DNA of 64,000 nt from an uncultured Gammaproteobacteria bacterium (GCA_938082545.1 CALKCL010000005.1:23677-87676); one strand, 5' to 3'. Counted from the first letter of the stretch, positions 46,775 through 58,392 are shown. Program-made: numbers and translations. The notes: generated from the letters alone by a model not told the origin.

Positions 46775-47437
46775 TTAATCAGGGGTATCAGTGCTTTCAT
46801 CAGTCTCTGAGGCATCTTCTTCTGGTACATCAGCTTCCTGAGTCGGCTCTTCCTCTTCTAGGCGCGGAGCATTAACCTGAACTATGGCAGCTGCACCATC
46901 TCCACCATAAAGCATTGCAGTGATTTCAACGCCTTCAGGCATAGACATATCAAACATATGCAGAACATCACCTAAATTTAAGGCCTCGACATCGACCTCG
47001 ACAAATTCTGGGATACTGGCAGGTAAACAGGTCACTTCGATATCAGCCGCTAAATGCGCAATTACACCACCATCTTGTTTGACACCAATACATAAATCTT
47101 CGTTCACAAAATGTATTGGCACTCTGATATTTAGCGTCTCTGATTCGTTTATCCTATTGAAGTCCATATGCATTATCACTGGTTTCCATGGGTGCCGTTG
47201 CATATCTTTAATTACAACTTTCTCCTTCTTACCTTCAATAGACAAACCCAGAACCTGCGAGTAAAAGCTTTCGTTAGAAGTCGCTTTTAACATGTCGGAG
47301 TGTGACAGTTGAATCGAAACTGCATCTTTTTTACCACCATAGACTATACCCAAGACTTTACCGGCTTTGCGAAGGCGGCGGCTCGCACCCTTGCCCATCT
47401 CGCTGCGAATTTCCGCATTTAAAATAATATCTTCCAT
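46775..47437 (-). CDS. rplY: 50S ribosomal protein L25 / general stress protein Ctc
   Basis: 220 aa, long form with an acidic tail, in the conserved position between pth and prs. Confidence 0.88.
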   Translation of the reverse strand: MEDIILNAEIRSEMGKGASRRLRKAGKVLGIVYGGKKDAVSIQLSHSDMLKATSNESFYSQVLGLSIEGKKEKVVIKDMQRHPWKPVIMHMDFNRINESETLNIRVPIHFVNEDLCIGVKQDGGVIAHLAADIEVTCLPASIPEFVEVDVEALNLGDVLHMFDMSMPEGVEITAMLYGGDGAAAIVQVNAPRLEEEEPTQEADVPEEDASETDESTDTPD

Positions 47438-47504
47438 TTCGTATTCTCCAAGTAACTATTAATTTCCGTCATCCTTCATCCGCGACCAAATGAAAAATAA
47501 CCCT

Positions 47505-48458
47505 CTAATCAACAAACATCGAGCTCAACGATTGGCTCGAATTAATTCTACGGATACTCTCCGCCAACAAACCTGCAACTGATAGCTGTCTTATCTTCCC
47601 GCATGCAATGGCATCCTCGGTTAATGGAATTGTATCAGTAACCACCAACTCGTCTAATGGCGAATTAGTCAAATTAGCTATCGCCTTGCCCGAAAGAACG
47701 GCATGTGTGCAATAAGCCACTACCTTTTTAGCACCATTCTCTTTTAGAGCAAATGCTGCACTGCATAAAGTGCCTGCAGTGTCGACCATGTCATCAACCA
47801 TCACACAAGTGCGATCCGCTACATCGCCTATTATATTCATAACTCGTGTCTCATTGGCTTTGGGGCGGCGTTTATCGATAATAGCTAAATCGGCATCATC
47901 AAGCCTCTTCGCAATAGCGCGAGCGCGGACCACTCCTCCGACGTCGGGCGAAACCACCATCAGATCGGGATATTCATGCTTCCAAATATCTCCGAGAAGC
48001 ACGGGCGAAGCATAAACATTGTCCATAGGTATATCAAAAAATCCTTGGATTTGCTCAGCATGTAAATCAACTGTGAGCAATCTCGTAGTGCCGACATTCG
48101 ATATCATATTAGCAACAACTTTAGCGGTAACTGGTACGCGTGCTGAACGCGGCCGCCGGTCTTGTCGAGCATAACCAAGATAAGGTACGACTGCAGTAAT
48201 GCTTTGAGCCGATGCCCGCCTAAGAGCATCGATTAAAATCAACAGTTCCATAAAGTTATCATTGGTTGGCGCGCAAGTAGGTTGAATTACTATAGCGTCC
48301 CGACCTCGAACATTTTCCGAGATTTCTACCATAGTTTCTCCGTCACTAAACGAACCAACTACAACTTTCCCTAAGGGCACATTAAGGTGGCGTGCCACAG
48401 CCGATGCTAGTGAAGGATTAGCATTGCCAGTACACAGCATCATTGAATCTTCATTCAT
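47505..48458 (-). CDS. prs: ribose-phosphate pyrophosphokinase
   Basis: 317 aa with [21 protein letters not shown] and DDMVDTAGT. Confidence 0.95.
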   Translation of the reverse strand: MNEDSMMLCTGNANPSLASAVARHLNVPLGKVVVGSFSDGETMVEISENVRGRDAIVIQPTCAPTNDNFMELLILIDALRRASAQSITAVVPYLGYARQDRRPRSARVPVTAKVVANMISNVGTTRLLTVDLHAEQIQGFFDIPMDNVYASPVLLGDIWKHEYPDLMVVSPDVGGVVRARAIAKRLDDADLAIIDKRRPKANETRVMNIIGDVADRTCVMVDDMVDTAGTLCSAAFALKENGAKKVVAYCTHAVLSGKAIANLTNSPLDELVVTDTIPLTEDAIACGKIRQLSVAGLLAESIRRINSSQSLSSMFVD

Positions 48459-48586
48459 TACCGTCGCAACCTCTTCACATAAATATTTAGATTAAGCAGC
48501 CCATATGATTCGTTATTAGCGTAGCTTTGTGATTCCGCCACATCTTATACTAAGCGGAGAATATTAGCTTTATGAAGCTACAAAAT

Positions 48587-48661
48587 TGGCTGGGCTGACA
48601 GGATTCGAACCTGTGAATGCTGGGATCAAAACCCAGTGCCTTACCGCTTGGCGACAGCCCA
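48587..48661 (-). tRNA. tRNA-Gln (UUG)
   Basis: The reverse complement is TGGGCTGTCGCCAAGCGGTAAGGCACTGGGTTTTGATCCCAGCATTCACAGGTTCGAATCCTGTCAGCCCAGCCA. The anticodon loop is UUUUGAU. Confidence 0.92.
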
Positions 48662-48672
48662 ATTGTTTAAAT

Positions 48673-49545
48673 TTATTCCTTCATCGTTTCTCTATGAAGC
48701 CTACTTAACAGCGGGGATTGATTCATCCGTTCCCCAAAATGCCCTTGCCAGTGCTTAGGCAGTGCCTTGAATACACGTTCAGCCTTCGAATGACTTTCAG
48801 CACATATAAACACGGCGGCTCCAGTACCACTCATCTTCGCAGCTCCGTATCCAGATAACCAAAAGAGAACGTCAGCCACCTCTGGATATAAACGACAAGT
48901 TACTGGCTCACAGTCATTATGGCTTAGGTCCAAAGAAAAGTCGTGCATTTTGATTGCCTTGGTATCACGTGTCAACTCTAAATCAGCGAATATTTGTGCT
49001 GTCGCAACACTTACTTTAGGAGTAACAACAACAATTGGCCCAAAGTCGGGGTCGCAAAAGGATAATTTTTCTCCCACTCCCTCAGCCCAAGCTGCCTGTC
49101 CATGAATAAAGATCGGCACGTCTGCACCTAGTCTCAGTCCTAACTCGGCCAGCTCCTCAGTCGGAAGCTCCAAACCCCAAAGATAATTCAACGCAACCAA
49201 AACAGTTGCGGCATCTGAGCTGCCGCCTCCTAACCCAGCGCCCATTGGAATATTCTTTTTAACCGATATGTCTACGCCGCTTTTGACTGCACAGTGTTTT
49301 TGTAGCGATTTAGCTGCCAATACCACCAGATCATCACTCGCATCTACCCCAAGTAACTGAGTTTGTCTGGTAATTACGCCATCATCACGAATCATAAAGT
49401 CAAGCTGATCATGCAGATCTATGAACTGAAATAGAGTTTGGATATCGTGATAGTTATCAGGACGGCGTCCTATAATATGGAGAAACAAATTTATTTTTGC
49501 AGGCGCTGGCCAGCTAGCGGATATCTTCAATGACCTACCTCCCAA
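48673..49545 (-). CDS. ispE: 4-diphosphocytidyl-2-C-methyl-D-erythritol kinase
   Basis: WPAPAKINLFLHI and PMGAGLGGGSSDAA motifs. Confidence 0.93.
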   Translation of the reverse strand: MGGRSLKISASWPAPAKINLFLHIIGRRPDNYHDIQTLFQFIDLHDQLDFMIRDDGVITRQTQLLGVDASDDLVVLAAKSLQKHCAVKSGVDISVKKNIPMGAGLGGGSSDAATVLVALNYLWGLELPTEELAELGLRLGADVPIFIHGQAAWAEGVGEKLSFCDPDFGPIVVVTPKVSVATAQIFADLELTRDTKAIKMHDFSLDLSHNDCEPVTCRLYPEVADVLFWLSGYGAAKMSGTGAAVFICAESHSKAERVFKALPKHWQGHFGERMNQSPLLSRLHRETMKE

Positions 49546-50189
49546 TCTCTAAATGCTATGCGTGACTCCCTCTCTCCACAGACCACAAAAACCCTCCTCG
49601 GTAAATTAGGCTTCCTGATCTCATAATACCCCGAAATATCTACATTACATCCGGCTTGAGAGAATCTTACCCACCGACCAACAGAATCAAATACCCTATT
49701 AGTAATGCCCTCTGATAGCCTTCGATCGGGAATACCCAGCATCCAATAACGGAAGTGTGAAATAGGCACAGTCCAACCAAACTGAGACTTCATAAGCGAC
49801 TCAGGCGTCTTAGCTAAAACTGATTGCCCATCAGAAGTGATCAGCTTCACAACTTTAGTATTTCCTTTTATAACTAGACTACCTGTACCAAATGGACCCG
49901 AGAACTCTAAGGTAAAAGTATCCCCCTGCTGACTCCACTTCAGGTCGCCGCTAAATGAGCCTTCATCGGACTTTAGCGAAAAACGGGATGCAAAACTCCA
50001 ACGGTTCAATGTTGCAACAGCCTCGGCATGCTCGCCTGACAAGTTATTCACTTCGTACGGAGTTACTCGTGAATAGAACATGGAAGTCGAACATGAGCAT
50101 ATTGCACAAAGGCCAACTCCCATTAAACTGGTTCGGATAAAGCCTGTTTTTTTATACAAATCCATACCTTCTTTAACTTCGCTGCCCAT
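49527..50189 (-). CDS. lolB: outer-membrane lipoprotein LolB
   Basis: ~200-220 aa, in the conserved position upstream of ispE, with an N-terminal hydrophobic/Cys region. The start is uncertain (50189 or 50165). Confidence 0.7.
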   Translation of the reverse strand: MGSEVKEGMDLYKKTGFIRTSLMGVGLCAICSCSTSMFYSRVTPYEVNNLSGEHAEAVATLNRWSFASRFSLKSDEGSFSGDLKWSQQGDTFTLEFSGPFGTGSLVIKGNTKVVKLITSDGQSVLAKTPESLMKSQFGWTVPISHFRYWMLGIPDRRLSEGITNRVFDSVGRWVRFSQAGCNVDISGYYEIRKPNLPRRVFVVCGERESRIAFRDWEVGH

Positions 50190-50463
50190 AGGTCCCGCTA
50201 ACCCTAACTCTCTAGCGTCTATTGTCCAACAAATACAGGAACCAGGTCGAGAAATTTTCCCTCAGCCTCTATTCGCTATGGGTACCAACCATATCCGCAC
50301 AAAAAAGCACTACGAACATCAAAGTAGGCTAGGGATACGTGATTGAACTATAATCCAGAGTAAACAGGTTGGCTTAAAGAACAAAGGCCTAATTTAAATC
50401 AACCTGCTGAATCAAATATTTTTGAGTTCACTTCGCGCTAGAACAGGTACTTATTATAACACT

Positions 50464-51711
50464 ATGCTTCTGATTATATTGGGTTTATCCCACAAAACTG
50501 CACCTCTACAGATCAGAGAAAAAGTAGTGTTCGACGATGGCAATTTGCCGGAAGCACTTGCAGAGTTGGCTAATCAGCCAGGAATATCAGAAGCTATGAT
50601 TCTTTCAACCTGTAATAGAACAGAGATTTATTGCTATGCTGAGGGCCTCACTAAAAATGCCCTAGTAACATGGCTTGCTAAGTTGAAAGGGCTAGAAGCA
50701 AACATTATCCTGGAGCACATGTATAGCCTTACTAATCACGATGCTGTGCAACACTTACTTAGAGTTGCTAGTGGCCTTGATTCTCTAGTAATTGGTGAGC
50801 CTCAAATACTAGGGCAGCTCAAAAAAGCTTATAGAACTGCCTTCGAGGTTGGAACGCTTGGAAAATTTTTAAATAGGTTACTACAGTTTTCTTTTTCCTC
50901 GGCCAAAGAAACTAGGACCGAAACAAAAATCAATAATGCTCCTGTTTCAATTGCTTACGCAGCTGTAAAACTTTCACAGCAGATCCATGGAGATCTTAGT
51001 AAAAAAACTGCTCTTTTGGTGGGGGCTGGAGAAACTATCTCACTAGTGGCTAGTCATTTAGTAAGCTCAGGGCTACAAAATCTTATAGTCGCGAATCGCT
51101 CTTTTGCTAAAGCCTCAGTTCTTGCCAACAAATATGCTGGCGAAGCAATAACCTTAAGCTTGATTCCAAATAGACTCCATGAGGCCGATATAGTGGTGTC
51201 GTGCACAGCCAGCCGCTCTCCCATCATCACTGCGAAATCAGTTCAGCTGTCAATTGATAAACGGGAGGGGAAACCAATCTTCATGGTAGATCTAGCCGTC
51301 CCCCGAGATGTTGAGCCTGAGGTAGATAATCTGCAGAATACTTTTCTATATACTGTGGATGATTTTGAATCCGTGATCTCGGAAAACCTCAAATTAAGAA
51401 AAGATGCTGCTGCAGTCGGAGAAGAAATGATCCATATGCAGGTGCAAGAATATATGGGGTGGCTAGAGTCTCAAACAGCGTCCGAAACAATCAGAGAGTT
51501 CAGGGAGTATGCGCAAAACCTTAAGGAGGAAGCCTTGGAGCAAGCTCGCTCCAGTCTAAACAGTAAGCCAGCCGACAAAGTAATAGAACAGTTAGCTACG
51601 ACTCTTACGAATAAGTTGATACACCGACCTACAATAGCGCTTCGAGAAGCAAACCTGCAAACCGATGACCTTCAGGTTGCTAGGAAAATTCTTGGGCTAA
51701 ATGAAAACTAA
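50464..51711 (+). CDS. hemA: glutamyl-tRNA reductase
   Basis: I prefer ATG 50464 ([20 protein letters not shown]). STCNRTEIY is present. Confidence 0.93.
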   Translation: MLLIILGLSHKTAPLQIREKVVFDDGNLPEALAELANQPGISEAMILSTCNRTEIYCYAEGLTKNALVTWLAKLKGLEANIILEHMYSLTNHDAVQHLLRVASGLDSLVIGEPQILGQLKKAYRTAFEVGTLGKFLNRLLQFSFSSAKETRTETKINNAPVSIAYAAVKLSQQIHGDLSKKTALLVGAGETISLVASHLVSSGLQNLIVANRSFAKASVLANKYAGEAITLSLIPNRLHEADIVVSCTASRSPIITAKSVQLSIDKREGKPIFMVDLAVPRDVEPEVDNLQNTFLYTVDDFESVISENLKLRKDAAAVGEEMIHMQVQEYMGWLESQTASETIREFREYAQNLKEEALEQARSSLNSKPADKVIEQLATTLTNKLIHRPTIALREANLQTDDLQVARKILGLNEN

Positions 51712-51719
51712 CAATCATT

Positions 51720-52802
51720 ATGAAAAAATCCTTACTCCAGAAACTAGAAAGTGTATCCGATCGGAAAGTTGAGGTAGAGGAGATGCTAGCTACTCCTCAT
51801 ATCATTAAAGATCAAGCGCAATTTAAAGCGCTCTCAAAAGAACATGCCGAAATAGTCCCTCTTGCAGGCTGGTTTGAGAAATACACGGATATGCAAGCCC
51901 AAGTAACCAGCGCATTAGAGCTTGCACAAGAAGAAGATGCAGAAATGCGCGAAATGGCAAACGAAGAACTGGTAAAGGCAAAAGCAGCATTAGCTACCAT
52001 TGAGCAAGAGGCTCAAACTTTACTTATCCCAAAAGACCCAAATGATGAAGCTAGCGTATATCTTGAAATCCGCGCAGGCACTGGTGGAAATGAGGCTGGG
52101 ATATTTGTAGGAAATCTTCTACGCATGTATTTACGCTATGCAGAGAAACAACGATGGCAAACCGAAATTGTTAGCGCTAGTGAGTCAGAAGCTGGAGGCT
52201 ATAAGGAAGTCGTAGCTCTGATTGATGGGAAAAACGTATTCTCCAAACTAAAATTTGAGTCAGGGGCCCACAGAGTTCAGCGTGTACCAGAAACTGAGTC
52301 TCAGGGCAGAATCCATACATCAGCGTGTACAGTTGCAATTATGGCACAAGTTGATGAAGCGGAAATTGAAATCAACTCTAGTGACTTGAGGATAGACACG
52401 TTTAGAGCATCTGGAGCAGGGGGGCAACACATAAACAAAACCGATTCGGCTATCCGAATAACCCACCTCCCAACCAACGTCGTAGTTGAGTGTCAGGATG
52501 AACGCTCCCAGCACAAAAATCGTGCGCGCGCACTTAGTCTGCTGCAATCGAGACTGCTACAAGCAGAGCGGGACAGGATAGACTCGGAACAAGCGTCTAC
52601 CCGGAAGAGATTAGTAGGCAGTGGGGACCGCTCAGAGAGAATAAGAACCTATAACTATCCTCAAGGGCGTGTTACGGATCACAGAATCAATCTCACAATA
52701 TATAAACTTGAGGAAGTTTTAATCGGCGATCTAGACTTGGTAATTGCCCCCTTGGTTAGGGAACATCAAGCGGAACTAATTGCAGGAATGCAAGCAGAAT
52801 AA
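51720..52802 (+). CDS. prfA: peptide chain release factor 1
   Basis: 360 aa with the GGQ motif ([14 protein letters not shown]) and PET/PxT region. Confidence 0.96.
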   Translation: MKKSLLQKLESVSDRKVEVEEMLATPHIIKDQAQFKALSKEHAEIVPLAGWFEKYTDMQAQVTSALELAQEEDAEMREMANEELVKAKAALATIEQEAQTLLIPKDPNDEASVYLEIRAGTGGNEAGIFVGNLLRMYLRYAEKQRWQTEIVSASESEAGGYKEVVALIDGKNVFSKLKFESGAHRVQRVPETESQGRIHTSACTVAIMAQVDEAEIEINSSDLRIDTFRASGAGGQHINKTDSAIRITHLPTNVVVECQDERSQHKNRARALSLLQSRLLQAERDRIDSEQASTRKRLVGSGDRSERIRTYNYPQGRVTDHRINLTIYKLEEVLIGDLDLVIAPLVREHQAELIAGMQAE

Positions 52803-53651
52803 ATGCAGCAAACCAACAACATAGCTACGCTGTTGCGGCAAAGTACACATCTGCTGACCAAGAGCTCGACTCCGCGATTAGATGCTGAAATCATATTAGC
52901 CTCAGCTCTAAAAACTAATAGAACTTGGCTGTATGCCAACAGCGATTCCATAGTATCCCCCGAAGAAACAGCTGCTTACCTAGTAAAAGTAAAAGAAAGG
53001 GACAAAGGTGTGCCAGTACCCTATATAACTGGATGCTGCGAATTTTGGTCATTACCTCTAACCATAACACCCGATGTTCTGATCCCTAGACCAGAAACAG
53101 AGCTTTTAGTAGCGATGACCCTAGACATCATAAAACGTTCACCATCTCAACTTTCAATGGCAGATCTTGGAACAGGAAGTGGCGCGGTGGCGCTTGCCGT
53201 TGCTAGCGAGACGGACCAAGTAATGATCGCTGCCACCGATCTTTCTCTCTCTGCACTGCGAGTAGCAAAGCGCAACCTACATCAACTAGATTACAAAAAC
53301 GTAATGGTGTTAGCCGGTTCTTGGCTAAAACCTTTCGGGCGCAAAAGTCTGGACATTATAGCCGCAAACCCTCCGTATATAGGGTTTGAAGAAAGCCATC
53401 TGACTGATGCTGCTGTTAAGTTTGAACCGGCAACAGCACTTTTTGCAAAAAATGACGGCATGGAAGAAATCGACTGTATAATCGTTCAAGCAACTAAGTG
53501 CCTTAAGAAAGATGGTTGGATTTTACTAGAGCATGGGTTCCAGCAAGGAACAAAAGTCCGGAGTAGTTTAGAAAACAATGGCTATTCTCAAATACATACA
53601 GAAAAAGATCTTAATCAATGCGAGCGGATAACACGAGCCCGTATAAGCTAA
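52803..53651 (+). CDS. prmC: release-factor glutamine methyltransferase PrmC (HemK)
   Basis: 282 aa with DLGTGSGAVALA and the NPPY motif (ANPPYI). Confidence 0.92.
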   Translation: MQQTNNIATLLRQSTHLLTKSSTPRLDAEIILASALKTNRTWLYANSDSIVSPEETAAYLVKVKERDKGVPVPYITGCCEFWSLPLTITPDVLIPRPETELLVAMTLDIIKRSPSQLSMADLGTGSGAVALAVASETDQVMIAATDLSLSALRVAKRNLHQLDYKNVMVLAGSWLKPFGRKSLDIIAANPPYIGFEESHLTDAAVKFEPATALFAKNDGMEEIDCIIVQATKCLKKDGWILLEHGFQQGTKVRSSLENNGYSQIHTEKDLNQCERITRARIS

Positions 53652-53663
53652 TGGATTTATCTA

Positions 53664-54422
53664 ATGGATGATGATTTACTACTCCGTTATAGTCGACAAA
53701 TACTCCTGCCAGAAATTGATATTAATGGTCAGAGCCTTCTAGCGGAGTCTACAGTAGTGATTATAGGAATTGGCGGTCTGGGATCACCTATCTCAATGTA
53801 TCTAGCCGCGGCAGGCGTGGGAAACTTAGTGCTTGTCGATCACGACTTAGTCGAACTATCCAACTTACAACGACAAATAGTGCATTCCACTCCAGATCTA
53901 GGGAAAAAGAAAGTCGTGTCGGCTAAAGATAGGCTACTGGCTCTTAACCCTAACGTGAAAGTCAAAATTATTCCCAAAATGTTAGAGACAGCCGATTTCA
54001 ATAAACTATTTCCTAGCGTAGATGCAGTAGTCGATGCGACCGATAACTTTGAGTCTAGATTTGAAATCAACAGGCAGTGTGTCAAACACGGTAAACCATT
54101 AATATCCGGCGCCGCAATTCGTTTTGAGGGACAGGTGACAGTTTTTCAGACAAGTATCAATAGTCCTTGTTATCGATGTTTATATAATGATGACATCACT
54201 ACCGCCGAAAACTGCATCGAAACTGGGGTGATCGCGCCTTTACTCGGAATTATAGGGAGCATACAAGCCCTGGAGACTTTAAAAGTACTCACAAATACAG
54301 GAGCCTCACTAGAGGGCAGATTGCTATTGCTCGATGCTCTTGGAATGGAGTGGCAAACAATGAAGTTTAAGAAGGATCCTAAATGTCCTGTATGCTCGAC
54401 CAGAAGCTCATCATCCACCTAA
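53664..54422 (+). CDS. moeB: MoeB/ThiF-family adenylyltransferase
   Basis: 252 aa with RYSRQILLPEI, GIGGLGSP and the CxxC pairs CYRC and CPVC. Confidence 0.8.
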   Translation: MDDDLLLRYSRQILLPEIDINGQSLLAESTVVIIGIGGLGSPISMYLAAAGVGNLVLVDHDLVELSNLQRQIVHSTPDLGKKKVVSAKDRLLALNPNVKVKIIPKMLETADFNKLFPSVDAVVDATDNFESRFEINRQCVKHGKPLISGAAIRFEGQVTVFQTSINSPCYRCLYNDDITTAENCIETGVIAPLLGIIGSIQALETLKVLTNTGASLEGRLLLLDALGMEWQTMKFKKDPKCPVCSTRSSSST

Positions 54423-54441
54423 CTGAATAACGCGATTAAAT

Positions 54442-55194
54442 ATGAGTAAATTTAGTTTCTTAATCTGCGCAGTCATAATGACTCTGCCACTGCAAAAATT
54501 ATTTTCAGCAGATAGAGCCTATGTCATCGACAAGCTACTAGTTGGTATCTATGAGACAGAAGATCTAAATAGCACAATCGTAAAAATCATATCTACTGGT
54601 ACTGAATTAGAAGTGATACAAAAAACAGATCAGCTCGCACTAGTCATCGACCCTACGGGCGCAAAGGGATGGATAGATAAATCCTACCTAATGGCTGAAC
54701 CAACCTCAGAAATCATCTTAAACAAACTGATAAAAGAAAATACAAAAAATGTTACGTCGAATCCAAAAACGGTAGACTCAGGAGAGACCTTAGCTACGTT
54801 GAAAAAAAGTAACACCCAATTAAAAGCTAAGCTTGCAGCGGTGATGCCTGAAGCAAAGAAATGTGAATCTAAGCTATCTATTCTAGAAAAAGAATCTATT
54901 CAAATGCGAGAAGAACTAAGCACAGAGTGCTCTAGTGATGAATCTTCTGCCACGCGGAATAAAAACGATTATGTGGCGATTGAATACGCACTCGAAAAAG
55001 CCAATATGCAGATAAAGAAACAGAAGTTAATAAAAGATGCAAAAATAAACTTAGAGTTGGTTCTTATAGTTATGCAGCATTACTGGATACTATTATTGAT
55101 CCTGGTAATGCTGATAATAGCAGCTGCTTTTGGTGCAGGAGCTTATATGTTTGACGTGATATCTCGCAAACGACATGGGGGCTATCGCCTTTAA
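54442..55194 (+). CDS. SH3-domain protein with coiled coil and a C-terminal TM anchor (TIGR04211-like)
   Basis: Signal peptide, SH3-like N-terminus (GAKGWIDKSYL), a coiled-coil middle and a C-terminal TM helix. Confidence 0.6.
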   Translation: MSKFSFLICAVIMTLPLQKLFSADRAYVIDKLLVGIYETEDLNSTIVKIISTGTELEVIQKTDQLALVIDPTGAKGWIDKSYLMAEPTSEIILNKLIKENTKNVTSNPKTVDSGETLATLKKSNTQLKAKLAAVMPEAKKCESKLSILEKESIQMREELSTECSSDESSATRNKNDYVAIEYALEKANMQIKKQKLIKDAKINLELVLIVMQHYWILLLILVMLIIAAAFGAGAYMFDVISRKRHGGYRL

Positions 55195-55958
55195 TGAAAA
55201 TTGCTACATGGAATGTGAACTCTATTCGGGCTCGTCTTGATCAAATCACAGATTGGCTCACAATCAATGATATTGACATACTAGCCATTCAAGAAACCAA
55301 AGTACAAGACAAGGATTTTCCCTTAGATGCGCTCAGCAAACTTGGTTACAATTGTTCATTCTATGGTCAAAAATCGTATAATGGAGTCGCATTCTTGGCG
55401 AATTCAAACATCGAGCTGCTTGCGAAAAACATCCCCACCTTTGAAGATCCTCAATGCCGCGCTTTAGCGGCAAATATTGGTGGCGTTACCCTTGTTAATT
55501 TGTATGTCCCTAATGGCTCAGAAGTAGGATCGGAAAAGTACAGCTACAAAATCTCATGGCTGAACGCGTTAAACGTCTGGCTATCAGAACTTTTAAAGTC
55601 TCACTCAAACGTAATAGTTCTCGGAGATTTCAATATAGCCCCAACAGATGATGACGTACACGATCCTTCTGGATGGAAAGGAAAAATATTATGCAGTGAC
55701 GAGGAACGCTCCCAACTAGAAGCCATTACTCGGTTAGGCCTGAAAGACTCGTTTAGAAGCTTCCCCCAGGAGCCAGAAATTTTTTCTTGGTGGGATTACC
55801 GCGCGGGTGGCTTCCAACGAAACAGAGGACTTAGGATAGATCTTATATTAAATAGCCAAAGTCTTAATGATAGGCTGGTAGCCTGTTCGATTGATCCCAC
55901 CCCTCGTAGAAATACTAGACCCTCAGACCACGCCCCAGTTATTTTGGAAATAAAGTAA
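55194..55958 (+). CDS. xthA: exodeoxyribonuclease III
   Basis: 254 aa starting MKIATWNVNSIRAR, with LAIQETK, GDFNIAP and SDHAPV. Confidence 0.94.
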   Translation: MKIATWNVNSIRARLDQITDWLTINDIDILAIQETKVQDKDFPLDALSKLGYNCSFYGQKSYNGVAFLANSNIELLAKNIPTFEDPQCRALAANIGGVTLVNLYVPNGSEVGSEKYSYKISWLNALNVWLSELLKSHSNVIVLGDFNIAPTDDDVHDPSGWKGKILCSDEERSQLEAITRLGLKDSFRSFPQEPEIFSWWDYRAGGFQRNRGLRIDLILNSQSLNDRLVACSIDPTPRRNTRPSDHAPVILEIK

Positions 55959-56089
55959 ATATGCTCCTATATTTATCTATCAGAGCGATTAGCTTCCTCA
56001 AAACCTATACGCTAATTTAAAGATAAGGTTGCAATCTATGACATCCGAAACTAAACTTCCGGAACCAATAATGTCTCGTTGAGAAAAAA

Positions 56090-56302
56090 ATGAAAGAAGC
56101 AATACACCCTAATTACCACACGATAAGCGTCACTTGCAGTTGTGGCAGCACTTTCGAAACGCAGTCGACCTACTCTGAGGAAAAATTACATCTAGACGTC
56201 TGCTCGTCATGTCACCCCTTTTACACAGGGCAACAGAAGATCGTCGACACTGCTGGCAGAGTCGACAAATTCAACAAGCGCTACGGGAAGGGTGCAAAAT
56301 AA
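56090..56302 (+). CDS. rpmE: 50S ribosomal protein L31 (Zn-binding type)
   Basis: 70 aa starting MKEAIHPNY, with CSCG and [10 protein letters not shown]. Confidence 0.95.
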   Translation: MKEAIHPNYHTISVTCSCGSTFETQSTYSEEKLHLDVCSSCHPFYTGQQKIVDTAGRVDKFNKRYGKGAK

Positions 56303-56311
56303 TAAGCTCAG

Positions 56312-56914
56312 CTAGGCGTTATTCTTAGCGGAGTTAAACAACCATTTCTCTATCGTGCACCAAGCACTCTCGATACCCTGATGCTTCGTAGCAGAAAATA
56401 ACTGAGCCGAAATCACTTCAGAAGACTCAGAAATCCTGCGGTTTACCTTACCTAAAACATTAAGGCCCTCTCCACGACTCACCTTGTCGGATTTGTTAAT
56501 CAAAATTAACATCGAAACGTCACATGACGAACACCACTCGATTAGGACCTCTTCCTGAGGCTTTAAAGGGTGTCGTACATCCATTAACATGACTAGGCCT
56601 GCCAAAGATTTTCTAGTCTCAAGGTAGTCTGGAAGTTCTTGTTCCCAATGAGATCTCAGACTTTTAGCCACCTTTGCATACCCAAAACCTGGAAGATCCA
56701 TCAAGCGTCTCTGAGAATCGAGGTTAAAAACCACCAGATGTTGAGTGCGACCTGGCGTTCTACTAGTGCGCGCTAAATTTTTTTGCCCGCAGAGCACATT
56801 TAGTGCACTAGATTTACCACTATTTGACCGACCGGCAAAAGCCACCTCATAACCTTCATCGATCGGGAGCAAACTGCATCTAGGCACGCTCATCTGGAAA
56901 GATGCCTGTTGCAA
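56312..56914 (-). CDS. engB: ribosome-biogenesis GTPase YihA/EngB
   Basis: 200 aa with GRSNSGKSS, DLPGFGYA and NKSDK. Confidence 0.92.
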   Translation of the reverse strand: MQQASFQMSVPRCSLLPIDEGYEVAFAGRSNSGKSSALNVLCGQKNLARTSRTPGRTQHLVVFNLDSQRRLMDLPGFGYAKVAKSLRSHWEQELPDYLETRKSLAGLVMLMDVRHPLKPQEEVLIEWCSSCDVSMLILINKSDKVSRGEGLNVLGKVNRRISESSEVISAQLFSATKHQGIESAWCTIEKWLFNSAKNNA

Positions 56915-57002
56915 TAGGGCTCTAGTTTTTGAAAAAGCTTCTGTGTCTATGTGAATGCTCTCTTTTTTAGTGAATTATAACATCGGAAGTAAATATTATT
57001 TA

Positions 57003-57017
57003 GATCATCCGATGATC
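57003..57017. promoter_or_regulatory. perfect 15-bp palindrome at the -35 position of the cytochrome c4 promoter
   Basis: GATCATC-C-GATGATC lies 6 nt upstream of TATAAT (57024-57029). Confidence 0.3.
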
Positions 57018-57061
57018 CACGTATATAATGGTTCGCTAATAATCAACCGAGAGTTATTCGA

Positions 57062-57661
57062 ATGTACCAAAGGAAAACTTTCCTTAGCCTTTTAGCTATA
57101 TTTCTATTTGCTGCCGTACAAAACGCCTACGCAGATGGAGCCGAAAAAGCTGCAGTTTGTGGAGCATGCCATGGCGCTGACGGAAATAGCTTAAATCCAA
57201 TTTGGCCAAGCCTTGCTGGCCAGGGAGTAGATTATACCGTTAAGCAACTAAAGGCTTTTAGGTCTGGACAACGTCAAAATGGACTTATGTCCCCAATGGC
57301 AATGAGCTTAAGCGACGAGGATATGTTAGATATTGCATTATATTATGAAAAACAGCCCCTCATAATAAAATCCGTGGCCGCAGACGAGATAGCAGATGCC
57401 GAAAAATTGTATCGAGGTGGGGACAAGGCTAGAGGTATCCCAGCCTGTATGTCCTGTCACGGACCAAATGGTGCTGGAAATCCTGCCGCCAAGTATCCTG
57501 CGATTCGCGGCCAACACGCCGAATACATAGCGGCTCAATTGCAACAGTATGCGAACAAGTCACGCACCACTGATCAACAACAAATGATGAGAATGGTAGC
57601 AAAAAAACTTACTGAAGAAGAGATGCGTCAATTAGCGAGTTACGTGTCCGCTCTCCACTAG
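57062..57661 (+). CDS. dihaem cytochrome c4
   Basis: Signal peptide plus two haem motifs (CGACHG, CMSCHG). Confidence 0.9.
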   Translation: MYQRKTFLSLLAIFLFAAVQNAYADGAEKAAVCGACHGADGNSLNPIWPSLAGQGVDYTVKQLKAFRSGQRQNGLMSPMAMSLSDEDMLDIALYYEKQPLIIKSVAADEIADAEKLYRGGDKARGIPACMSCHGPNGAGNPAAKYPAIRGQHAEYIAAQLQQYANKSRTTDQQQMMRMVAKKLTEEEMRQLASYVSALH

Positions 57662-57663
57662 GC

Positions 57664-58344
57664 TTGAATAAAAATATGCGCCCTGAAAACATGTTAATGC
57701 TCTCACGAACTTTAGGTGCATTCTTGCTGGTAGTAGTCGTCGCCTCAACAACATCAGCTACCGAAAAATTTGTTGTTGGTAAAGACTTTGAACAAATTTC
57801 TCCTATTGTAAAAACCCAAACTAAAAATGGAAAGGTAGAAGTTGTCGAGTTATTTTGGTACGGATGCTCCCACTGCTTTGCATTCGAAACCGAAATCTCA
57901 GTATGGGAAAAACAAAAATCAGAATTTATAGAATTTCAGCGAGTACCAGCAATTTTCGACAGAAAATGGGTTAGTCATGCGCGAGCTTACTATACTGCTG
58001 AAAAACTGGGAGTTACAAAAATTGTGCACCCGAAACTGTTCGAGGCCTTGCACACAAAGAAGCAAACAATCTATACAGAAACCGAGCTCGCTGATTTCTT
58101 TGAAAGCGTAGGTGTGGGGAAAAAAGATTTTACCGCTGCCTACAATTCTTTCGAGGTAGATACCCTTACTAGAAAAGCAATGGCGCTAACAAGAAGCTAT
58201 GGCATCGGAGGCGTACCCTCTATGATTGTTGCCGGAAAATTTCGTTCAAGCGTAAGACATGCGGGATCTTCTAAAAACCTGCTAAATGTAATCGACTTTC
58301 TAGCTCAACGAGAGCTAAAGATGGACACCAATTTGTCACCCTAG
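57664..58344 (+). CDS. dsbA: thiol:disulfide interchange protein DsbA
   Basis: FWYGCSHCF active site. The true start may be ATG 57676. Confidence 0.88.
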   Translation: MNKNMRPENMLMLSRTLGAFLLVVVVASTTSATEKFVVGKDFEQISPIVKTQTKNGKVEVVELFWYGCSHCFAFETEISVWEKQKSEFIEFQRVPAIFDRKWVSHARAYYTAEKLGVTKIVHPKLFEALHTKKQTIYTETELADFFESVGVGKKDFTAAYNSFEVDTLTRKAMALTRSYGIGGVPSMIVAGKFRSSVRHAGSSKNLLNVIDFLAQRELKMDTNLSP

Positions 58345-58392
58345 CTAATGTATGACACTTCCTCTTCTGAACGAGACATTGTCGTGATAGAA

